Below, one piece after another: positions 30,329 through 39,240 of a stretch of 64,000 bases of DNA; position 1 is the first letter of the stretch; each line of letters begins with the position of its first letter. Position numbers and translations under genes: made by a program. The notes below the pieces were generated by a model that worked only from the letters and a program-made list of their open reading frames with translations, was not told the origin of the DNA and made no database searches. Origin of the DNA: an uncultured delta proteobacterium (lineage in GTDB: Bacteria; Desulfobacterota; Binatia; UBA9968); assembly GCA_963771465.1 (NCBI GenBank), contig CAVYTU010000019.1, forward strand, positions 96,001 to 160,000, read 5' to 3'.

Positions 30329-31444
30329 TCATTTCTCCGCGCGTGGAAAACCGTAAGCGTCGACCACCAGTTGCATCCACTTCGGCATGTTAAGAAAAGT
30401 GCGGTGATCGTTGACGGAAACTTTTTTGCCTTTGATCAAGCGTGACACCTCGCCGTCGGTGTACATGCTGGATTTGAGCGGCTCATTGTCATCGATGATT
30501 TTTTGTCCTTCACGGCTCGCCATATGTTCGATAAATAGAAGGGCGGCGTGCCGATGGGGAGCGGTCTTGAGAATAAACTGATTCTCACGCAGCCACACCG
30601 GCGCCGGCTCGATGATTTTACACATCAGCGATTTGGTCACATCCTTGCGTTGGGCGTCGACGCAGCTGTTGTAAAAAGTCATCTGATGGACCGCCTGCTC
30701 GCCGGTAGCGATGGCGCCCATGGCACGGGCGTTGCCGCGCAGCCAGACCGGCTGCTGGTCTTTGATCTGGCGGGCGTATTTCACCACCCACTCCTCGCCC
30801 ATAAGGACCACCAGCGTGGCCATGCACTGAGTGCGGATGTCGGAAATGAACTTTCGCCCTTTGAATTCCGGCTTGAGAAAATCTTCCCATTTGTCGGGCA
30901 CCGCCTCCGCGGCGATGCGGTTCTTATTATAGGCGATGCCGCAAATGCTGCTCGCCACAGACACCAAATTACGGTTCTCAGGATCAACCATTCTCGGATT
31001 GATGTTGAGCACGCCCTGCTGCGACATGCCTAAAATATCGATCTTCATACCGTTCGCGATGTTCTCGACATAGAACTCGGAGCTCGCCTCCGAGGTGTCG
31101 ATGTCTTTCACCGCCCCAGCCTTCAGTTCCAGCAGAAAACGCTGATACGCTTCCGGACCGCCGATCTCGTCAACGCGAACTTTGATAAACGGATACTTCT
31201 TACTAAACGATTCCGCCATCGGCTTGAAGGATTCGGGATCGAGCGACGATATAACCCGCACCGAGCCTTCTTGTTTTGCCTTGGCGAGAATCTCATCGCG
31301 CGAACCGATAAACATGAAACCTTTGCTCTCGGCAGCTTTCTTAGCTTCGAGAGCGGCCGAACTCGCCGTCGCAGCTTCGGCGGCGGGCCTAATGAACCAA
31401 AAACCAATCAACAAGGAAATGACTACAGACAAATATCTTCCCAT
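30329..31444 (-). CDS. ABC solute-binding protein (Fe3+/thiamine-like family)
   Basis: Signal peptide; close paralog of 7459-8586 (SSLDP.SFKPMA, CGIAYNK, AYGFPRAE). Confidence 0.85.
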   Translation of the reverse strand: MGRYLSVVISLLIGFWFIRPAAEAATASSAALEAKKAAESKGFMFIGSRDEILAKAKQEGSVRVISSLDPESFKPMAESFSKKYPFIKVRVDEIGGPEAYQRFLLELKAGAVKDIDTSEASSEFYVENIANGMKIDILGMSQQGVLNINPRMVDPENRNLVSVASSICGIAYNKNRIAAEAVPDKWEDFLKPEFKGRKFISDIRTQCMATLVVLMGEEWVVKYARQIKDQQPVWLRGNARAMGAIATGEQAVHQMTFYNSCVDAQRKDVTKSLMCKIIEPAPVWLRENQFILKTAPHRHAALLFIEHMASREGQKIIDDNEPLKSSMYTDGEVSRLIKGKKVSVNDHRTFLNMPKWMQLVVDAYGFPRAEK

Positions 31445-31494
31445 ATCGATCCTCCTCGAATTTTTTAGCATCACGATAATAAGGTTGCTGCTGT

Positions 31495-31853
31495 CTATTT
31501 ACTTTCGCGCACGGTAAACGGAAAACTCTGCTCCACCACATGGCCATCGACGGACAATACCCGAAACTTGACAATATAACGACCCGATGGCATCTGCTTG
31601 AGTGCGACAGACAGTTGCTTGGGATCCTCAGCCGACACCTGAGCGTTGTCCGCATCGACGCGCTTGCCGCTCGGGGTCAAAGACCGACGCCGAAGAATAT
31701 TTCGGCTCCAGCCGCTCGTTGAACCACAACTGAATTTTCCCAGGCGAAGAAAACAGCGTAGCGCGTCCCGCCGGCACGGATTTCACCAGATACGCGTGGG
31801 CCGACGCGACGGCGGGAATTAAGCAAAATGGTAAAAAGTAATAGCCGATACAC
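31495..31853 (-). CDS. copC: CopC periplasmic copper-binding protein, with apparent indel(s)
   Basis: Read manually: ASA|HAYLVKSVPAG...LWFNERLEP in one frame, then G.Y.V.FRVLSVDGHVV; joined by removing one base from the GGGG run at ~31675; start approximate. Confidence 0.82.
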
Positions 31854-31912
31854 CTAATGTGTCCTAAGCCGTCTGATGCGAGAAACGCGCGTCCGAGAAA
31901 TGCGAATCACTA

Positions 31913-31995
31913 TTCACCACGAAGCAGGGTAGGCAACCATAGGGGTTGCCCTACAAGTCCGATTCCCTTTTGTGCACTTGCTTTCTTTGCGGCCA
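31913..31995. repeat. CACGAAG-type repeat remnant containing a REP-like hairpin
   Basis: ttcaccacgaag, then ggcaacc-atagg-ggttgccctac, then ...tttctttgcggc. Confidence 0.6.
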
Positions 31996-32065
31996 ATTCT
32001 CCGAATAAGATTCCCCAACTTTGAGACCTCCGTCTAGTTCGTGGCGCGCCTGGAAACCGCGACGA

Positions 32066-33814
32066 TTAGAAATTATCCGCCTGAAAAAGGATCTTGCCGC
32101 CGACCATGGTGAGCAGCGGTTTAATTTTCCTGATCTCTCTTTCGGGAACGGTGAAGTAATCGTTGTTCAGAACCACGAGATCGGCATATTTGCCACGCTC
32201 CAAGGAGCCCAAAACTTTCTCTCTCTCGACGTACTCTGCCGCCCAGACGGTGCCGGTTTTAAGAGCCAGCACGCGATCGACTCTTTCCTTGCCGGTGTAA
32301 ACTTTGCCTTCGATTTCTCGATTCACCATCGTATCGAGATAGTGGAAAACAGTGCCGACCTTAAAAATTTCGCGGTCGTCGACCTCGAACACCGTTTTCA
32401 CCCCGCCATCGATCAGGCTCTTCATAGGAGCTACCCAGGCGAGGTACTTTTCTCCATAATCGCGCAGTATTTCGGGTGAGTCCTCGACATACTTGGGCGC
32501 GCAGCTCATGTAAATATTGAGCTGCTTGAGCTTTGGAATCTGATCGGGACGCGGATTTAAGGCGCAATGGTCGATGGAATGGCGCTTGGCGCGGATCTGC
32601 TCATCAGTGAGTCCGGCTCGGGCGCTACCCTTTTCAATCGCCTCTAGCATGATATCGAGCGCCTTGTCCCCAGCCGTGTGCGTTCCGGCGATGCGCAGTC
32701 CGGCGGCGACCGCGTTTTCAAGAAATTCGGGGAGCCCTTCGTTGAAGACCTCACGATCCTTAATCTCTTTGGGTGCGTCTGTTATGGTTGTCAGTAGACC
32801 AGGATAGGATTGGTCCGTACCCCTCGTGCTCGCCCCTATAAACCAGACGTAATCGGTGCCGTATCCGCTTACGCCTTGCATTTCGGGAACCCCCTGGATG
32901 GGCGTACCAAGGCTGGGCGTATAGGCAAACCTCAGTCCGATGTCGCCTCTTTTATCGAGGAGCTGGTATGCGGCCAATGCCTTCACGGATCGCATAGAAC
33001 TGGACCACGTGGTGATGCCGTAGCTCGCCCAGCGTAGATTTTCTTCCTTATATAATCCGGCCAGCTGATCTAAACTCTTGACCAAGAAGTCCGACCCAAT
33101 GATCCGGTTTAAAGTATTCGAGGAAAAGCCGTCTTCCCGCATCAGTCCCGGTTCCAAAGGGCCGGACCAAATGGTTTTAACAATCTCCATCGATTTGCTA
33201 TTCAGAATCGACGTGGTGCGCACCCGAAGGTATACGGGATTGTTGGGCGCGATCTGATCCAACTCGGTTCTATGGATGAGCCCCCTGCGTGAAGCTACGA
33301 TGCCGTTTAAAATCTTGCCGTCCTTGCCCACCGCCTCGTTGGGCAATTGCAGTGAAATCCATTCGCCGGGTTTCTTTTTCGCCACCTCCTGGCGCACCGC
33401 GTCGAGAGTTTTCTTTTTGACGCTGTCCCAGGTTTCTCCGGCTTGAGTGCGGATGCGCGTGCGCACCGCGGAACTCTCCTCGGCATCGAGCGCGTAGTCG
33501 AATAGATGCGAGTGGGTATCGATGATGCCCGGCACGACGGTGCGTCCTTTGAGGTCGACGATTTTCGTCGCGGGCCCTCTCAGTGCAAGCATTCGCTGGT
33601 TAGTACCGCCAGCCAAGACTTTCCCTTCGCGAATCGCCAACGCCTGGACAATAGTCCCAGGATTCGACGATGTTGTCTTATCGTCCATGGTCGCGATCTT
33701 GCCATTGTGCAAGATCATATCGGGATAGTTGACCAACTCCGGCGGCACAGTTTGGGCCCAAGAACGGCTTGCCAGAAAAGCGAGAAAGAGAACGAAAGAA
33801 GTAAATTTTTTCAT
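32066..33814 (-). CDS. Exported amidohydrolase_3 paralog 3 (intact, 582 aa)
   Basis: Signal peptide SWA|Q, PGIIDTHSH, THTAGD, DHCALNP, SCAPKY, GSLERGKYADLVVL. Confidence 0.92.
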   Translation of the reverse strand: MKKFTSFVLFLAFLASRSWAQTVPPELVNYPDMILHNGKIATMDDKTTSSNPGTIVQALAIREGKVLAGGTNQRMLALRGPATKIVDLKGRTVVPGIIDTHSHLFDYALDAEESSAVRTRIRTQAGETWDSVKKKTLDAVRQEVAKKKPGEWISLQLPNEAVGKDGKILNGIVASRRGLIHRTELDQIAPNNPVYLRVRTTSILNSKSMEIVKTIWSGPLEPGLMREDGFSSNTLNRIIGSDFLVKSLDQLAGLYKEENLRWASYGITTWSSSMRSVKALAAYQLLDKRGDIGLRFAYTPSLGTPIQGVPEMQGVSGYGTDYVWFIGASTRGTDQSYPGLLTTITDAPKEIKDREVFNEGLPEFLENAVAAGLRIAGTHTAGDKALDIMLEAIEKGSARAGLTDEQIRAKRHSIDHCALNPRPDQIPKLKQLNIYMSCAPKYVEDSPEILRDYGEKYLAWVAPMKSLIDGGVKTVFEVDDREIFKVGTVFHYLDTMVNREIEGKVYTGKERVDRVLALKTGTVWAAEYVEREKVLGSLERGKYADLVVLNNDYFTVPEREIRKIKPLLTMVGGKILFQADNF

Positions 33815-33895
33815 AGCTCCTCCTTTTTATTGGACCATCACTCGGTCACCACTCTTTACTGCGTTCCGCCCTGGCTTTGCAATCGCACAAAAGGT

Positions 33896-34330
33896 CTATT
33901 TTTTGCCCTTCTCAACCGGATATTTTTTCTTCACCCACTCTTTAAAGGCATCGCCCATGATCGAGATATTGCGATAGTCATAGTCGTCGCGGAGGGACAG
34001 ATAGGCTTCTTGGATCAGCTCGCTCTGCGGGCAATCGCAGTAGAGAATCACCCGGCCCGCCTTGGGAACCTCGTTCATCCGTTTTTCCAGTTCCGCCATC
34101 GGCAGCGAGCGCGCGCCGGGGATGTGTGACTGCTGAAAATCTTTCGCGGGTCTGAGATCGACGAGAATCATCGCTTCACGCGCCGTGAGATAATACTTCA
34201 CCCGCTCCATCGGCACGACTGCGACCGGCTCCTCCGAGCCGTGGCCAGCGAGGGCGACACAGGACCAGAGTCCGATGAATGCCACCAAGCCAATAAGCAG
34301 CATTCGCGACATTCTGTGCATTTGCAGCAA
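33896..34330 (-). CDS. Exported rhodanese-domain protein #3
   Basis: VDLRPAKDFQQSHIPGARSLP, VILYCDCP; predicted cleavage ALA|GHGSE. Confidence 0.88.
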   Translation of the reverse strand: MLQMHRMSRMLLIGLVAFIGLWSCVALAGHGSEEPVAVVPMERVKYYLTAREAMILVDLRPAKDFQQSHIPGARSLPMAELEKRMNEVPKAGRVILYCDCPQSELIQEAYLSLRDDYDYRNISIMGDAFKEWVKKKYPVEKGKK

Positions 34331-34401
34331 GAACCGTTTGGACGATTGAATTTCTTCAATGCATCGATCGGTTTGAACTAACTACACGGGTCATCGTTTC
34401 G

Positions 34402-36251
34402 CTATTCAATCACTCCCGGCGCTTCCTTGCCGCCGAAATCCGCCACCTGTAGACCGTGGGTTTTGCCTCTCAACGCCGAGTTCTCATTGACGATCTTGCC
34501 CGCCACCATAGTAAGAATCGGCGTCACCGTGCCGATCTCCTTCTCCGGCACCGTGAAATAATCGCGGTTGAGTACCAGCAGATCAGCCAACTTTCCCAAC
34601 TCCAGGGAGCCCAGAACTTTTTCTTTTAAAACATATTCCGACGCCCATACCGTGGCCATCTTTAACGCGGTCACTCGGTCGATCTTCTCTCGCCCTGCGT
34701 AAACTTTGCCATTGACGTCGCGAGTCACCAGGAGCTCGAGATAGTAGAACGGCCCCTTGGTCGGCGTGTAATGAATATCGGTTTCGAGAACCGTCTTCAC
34801 ACCGGCATCAATCAAGCTCTTCGCCGGCGCGACCCAGTTCAAATATTTTTCACCATAGTCACGCAGCACTTCCGGACTGGCGTTTTCGATATACTTGGGG
34901 CTGCAACTGACCATGATACCGAGCTGCTTCAAGCGCGGCATCTGCTCCGGCCGAGGGTTCATCGTGCAGTGATCGACCGTATGGCGCTGCGCTTGGATCT
35001 GCTGCGGCGACATGCCTGCCTTCTTGCTTCCCTCTTCGATGATGTCCATCACTTGATCGAGCGTGAAGTCGCCGGCGACATGGGTGTTGCTGAAGCGCGC
35101 CCCGCGAGCGACGATTTCCTCCAAGACCTTGCGCCGATAATCGCCGGCGTCGAGACGCGACATTTCGCGGGATTTGATTTCCGGCGGCGCGTCGGCAACC
35201 GATTTTAGCTGCGGGTACGGAGCCGTCGGCGCTCACCAGGCTGATGCCGTTGGGCCAAAGGAACTCCGATCCTTGTCCTTCCATCAGCTCCATGTAGCCG
35301 CGCACCATCGCCGGTCCCTGGGAAGTTCCGGTGATGAGACTGCCCAAACCGTAAGCGAAACGCACGGTCATCTCGCCCTTTTGATCGAGCAAGCGGTAAG
35401 CGCGGATGGTGTTCAACGCCGACGTCGAAGACGACCAAGTGGTAACGCCGTAGGCGGCCAATTCCTCTTGTTCTTTTTTGTAGAGGTCGGCCAAGACATT
35501 GAAGCTTGCCGTCGAGAATGATGTCGGTCTGCAGCGATCGCCGAATACTCGCGCTCCAGACGATGCCGTCTGCGCTGATCTCTTCATCCAGCGCACCGTA
35601 ATAATTTTTGAACGCTTCCAGCGCTCGGCTGTTAAACAAGCCGCGATTACCCGCTTGGATGAATATCGGATGATCGCGCGAGATTTTATCCAGCTCTTCT
35701 TTGGTGAACATCTTGAGATCGGTCATCGCCACTTTGATGTCCACTGGCTTATCGTCTTTAAACACACGGTTCGGCAACCGTACCCAGATCCACTGCCCGG
35801 GTTTAGCGCTTTGCGCCTCCTTTCCGGCGGTTTCCAAAGCGCCTTTCCTCAACTCCTCCCAGGTGCGACCTTTGACCGTGGGTTTGCGCAGTTCGGGCAC
35901 GCTCCTGCCCCAGTGATCCATGGTGTATTCCATCGCGTGGTAGTGCGTGTCGATGATTCCCGGCACGACGGTTCTGCCGCGTAAATCTATGACCTCAGTC
36001 TTGGGGCCTTTCAGCGCCAGAATCTTGCTATTCGGTCCCTGCGCCAGAATTTTTCCGTCCCTTAGCGCCAGCGCTTGGCTGATCGTGCCGGGACTCGCGG
36101 AGGTCGTTTTGTTATCCATGGCAACGACCTTGCCGTTGTGCAGAATCGTTTCCGGATAACGGATCAATTCCGCCGGTATCGTTTGCGCCCAAGCGAGGCG
36201 CAAAGGCAGCAGAGCAAAAACTAGCAACAGTAAAGAAAATCGCTTTGTCAT
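34402..36251 (-). CDS. Exported amidohydrolase_3 paralog 4, two apparent frameshifts (~35500, ~35218)
   Basis: PGIIDTHYH / YGVTTWSSS / THVAGD, DHCTMNP, SCSPKY, GSLELGKLAD distributed over three frames. Confidence 0.82.
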
Positions 36252-36281
36252 ATGAACCTCCCTTCTGGTTCACCTCACGAG

Positions 36282-36731
36282 TTATTTCTTCGCTCCCGTC
36301 TCAACCGGATACTTGCGTTTTAACCAGTCTTGATACGGATCTGCCAGCACGGCAGTGTTGCGATAACCGTAATCTTTGAGCACTTGATACGCTAGCTCGA
36401 TGATCTGATTCTGCGAACAATCGCAGTAAAGCACCACACGGCTTGACTGTGGGATCTCGCGGAAACGCTTCTCCAAGTCTTTCATCGGCAGCGAGCGCGC
36501 GCCGGGCAATCTGGATTTTTGGAACTCCATGGCCGGCCGCAAATCAATCAGCACCATCTTCTCTCTCGCGTCGAGAAAGCCCTTGACCTGCTCTGCGGTC
36601 ACCGTGACCACGTCGTCCTCAGTGCCATGGCCGGCCTGGATGATGCCTGGCCAAATTAGCAACAACGCCGTCACCGTTCCGACCAGCGGTCTTAAGTTTG
36701 CCACGGCGGAGTGAATCAACCGAGCGATCAT
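36282..36731 (-). CDS. Exported rhodanese-domain protein #4
   Basis: IDLRPAMEFQKSRLPGARSLP, VVLYCDCS, GYRN; predicted cleavage IQA|GHGTE. Confidence 0.88.
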   Translation of the reverse strand: MIARLIHSAVANLRPLVGTVTALLLIWPGIIQAGHGTEDDVVTVTAEQVKGFLDAREKMVLIDLRPAMEFQKSRLPGARSLPMKDLEKRFREIPQSSRVVLYCDCSQNQIIELAYQVLKDYGYRNTAVLADPYQDWLKRKYPVETGAKK

Positions 36732-36741
36732 CTAGCAGGCT

Positions 36742-38548
36742 TTATTTTGCGGCGCCGAATCTTAACCCGACGGCGCTCAATCCTTCGCTCTTGGCGAACT
36801 GTGGCGCCGTGTAGACCGGCTTGCCGGCTACCGCAGTCATCATAACGTTTATCTTTGACAACTCTTGATCAGGGGTACTGAGGTAGTCGCGGTCGATGAT
36901 GACAAAGTCCGCCCATTTGCCGGGCTCCAGCGAGCCAAGCTGATTGTCACGCAAGACATACTCCGCCGCCCAGCGCGTAAACATCTTGAGCGCAGTTGTC
37001 TTGTCCACCGCTTGTTTCGCACCCCAGACGCGCCCCTGGCTGTCCTGTCGCGTAACGGCGTACTTGATGTGCGCGAACGCGCCACCCTCTTTGTTGTGCA
37101 CTCTGCGGTCGTCCATTTCCATGACGACTTTGCCGCCGGCGCGCAGGATGGTTTGCACCGGTGCGTTAAGCTCGTGGGCATATTTCTCGCCGTAGTCGCG
37201 CGAGATGTCGGCGGCGTCTTCAATATAGCGCGGCGCGCAGCTCCAGATAATGTCGAGCTTCTTGCCGCGCTCGACCTGATCGGCGCGCGGGCTCATGCCG
37301 CAATGGTCGATGTTATGTTTGCGGGCGCGAATTTCGTCCGGTGTCAGCCCGGCCTCCGCGCTGGCTTTTTCAATCACATCGAGAAACCGATCCACCGCGC
37401 CGTCGCCGTAAACATGAGTGCCGGAAATTCTTTGGCCGGCTCCCACCGCCGCACGCATAATTTTATACTCCGCCTCGGCCTCGCATTTCTCCCGCGATTT
37501 GATCTCTTTCCTGGCATCGACTGTCGTGCATTGGCGCGGATAGCTACTGTCCAATGCGGAAAGCGAAACGCCGATGGCCCACAGAAAATCCGTGCCGTGG
37601 CCGGAAATATTACCGATACGCTTATAGAATTCCGCGGCGCCGGATGAGCCGGCCGCGCCCATGCGGTGCGAATACGCGAATCGGATCGGCAATTCGCCGC
37701 GATTGTCCAAGAGAACGAACGCGTTGAACACTTTCACGGTCGGCAAGGACGACGACCAAGTCGTCACGCCATGAGCACCCCACGCCTGCAATTCCTTTTT
37801 ATAAATCGCCGCCAACGTTTGGGGTCGCTTCACCAAGATCTCGCCGATCAGAGTGCGCATCGATCCAGAACCGATCGGTCCGCGCGGTTTCCCTTGGTTG
37901 TCGGTCTGGATCTCTTCGGGCAGCGCTCCGAAATATTCGCTGAACAGGTTGAAAATATGGCTGTTGGCGCGCCGGTCCGTGCCACGCAACTGAACAACGA
38001 TGGGATTGCTCGGCGCCAGCTCGTCCATCTCCTTGAGCATCATTTTATTGCCGAACTCCTCGGCCACGCTGCTCGGCAAGAGTTGCACATGGATCATCTT
38101 CCCGGCGCCGGCTTCGGCGATCTTCGCTTTTAGCTGCGCCACGGCGTCTGCCACCGATTTCACCTGCAGCGGAGTTTGCCGGTACTGTTTGAGTTCGGGC
38201 TCGAGAACTTCGAGATCATTAGCCCAATTGGCCGGCGCGTAGTCGAACAGATGGGAATGGGTATCGATGAAGCCGGGGACGATCGATTTTGCCTTTGAGA
38301 TCGAGCCGGATCGTCTTGGGACCGGCAAGGTTGATAATCTCAGCATTGCTTCCCACCGCCATCACTTTGCCGTCGCGCACGGCGAGCGCTTGGGCGATCG
38401 AGAAGCGCTCATCGACGGTAAGAACTTTTCCGTTGTGATAGACGGCATCGGCAAAGATCACCATACCCTTGCCGGTCTGTGCGGAGGCCTGGAAAGCAAG
38501 AAGCGAAACGAGAGAACACAAAAGCCAAGTGGAAATTTTTAAACTCAT
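36742..38548 (-). CDS. Exported amidohydrolase_3 paralog 5, one apparent frameshift ~38288
   Basis: Signal peptide ORF 38548 down to LDLKGK; an extra A in a run precedes SIVPGFIDTHSH, THVYGD, DHCGMSP, SCAPRY. Confidence 0.85.
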
Positions 38549-38650
38549 AAGTGCTCCTAACCGGCGGTTTAGTTATCTCAGATGATTCCTGCTGATACGA
38601 ATTCTTGTTAGTTGGGATCGTGTTAAGTGGTGAATGGCTACCTTGCTTAA

Positions 38651-38721
38651 TCACCACCAAGGACACCAAGCGCACGAAGGCGTCAAAACTTTTCATCTTA
38701 AACTTTGTGTCCTTCGGGGTG
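38651..38721. repeat. CACGAAG-type palindromic intergenic repeat
   Basis: tcaccaccaaggacaccaagcgcacgaagg...ctttgtgtccttcggggtg. Confidence 0.65.
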
Positions 38722-38728
38722 CGAGGTC

Positions 38729-39160
38729 CTAGCGCATGCCGCTCGGCCGGCGCCCCGTTTCGACCGGAAACTTGCGCTTTTCCCAACCCTGAAACCCATC
38801 TAGCATGACCGCGATGTTTTTATACCGTTCGTCTTCGAATAGTTGAAAGACCGCGTCCGGGATATCGTTTGACGGCATCGCGGCATAAATCACGACCCGT
38901 CCCGATTTGGGAATCTCGCCGAGCCGTTTTTCTAATTCGGTCGCCGGGATCGAGCGCGATCCGGCGAGCCGCTTCTCTTGGAATTCTTGCGCCGGCCGCA
39001 AATCGATGAGTATAAATTTTTCGCCAGCGTCGAGCAAAAGTTTAAGCCGATCAGCCGCGATGGTCGTGACATCCCGGTTCTCATGCCCGGCATTGGCAAG
39101 CGCCGGGCAAAACGCAAGGAGCCAGAGCGTTAGGACAACAACTAGGTGCGCCGCCGTCAC
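38729..39160 (-). CDS. Exported rhodanese-domain protein #5, lacking the active-site Cys
   Basis: IDLRPAQEFQEKRLAGSRSIP; loop reads VVIYAAMP instead of YCxC; predicted cleavage ANA|GHENR. Confidence 0.85.
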   Translation of the reverse strand: MTAAHLVVVLTLWLLAFCPALANAGHENRDVTTIAADRLKLLLDAGEKFILIDLRPAQEFQEKRLAGSRSIPATELEKRLGEIPKSGRVVIYAAMPSNDIPDAVFQLFEDERYKNIAVMLDGFQGWEKRKFPVETGRRPSGMR

Positions 39161-39240
39161 ACTTCGATTCTCTCTTTTTGCGGTCTATACGTTCTTTGCG
39201 GTTAAACTTCTTCCCTCTGAGGTGCGCGCAGTTCGCGTTC

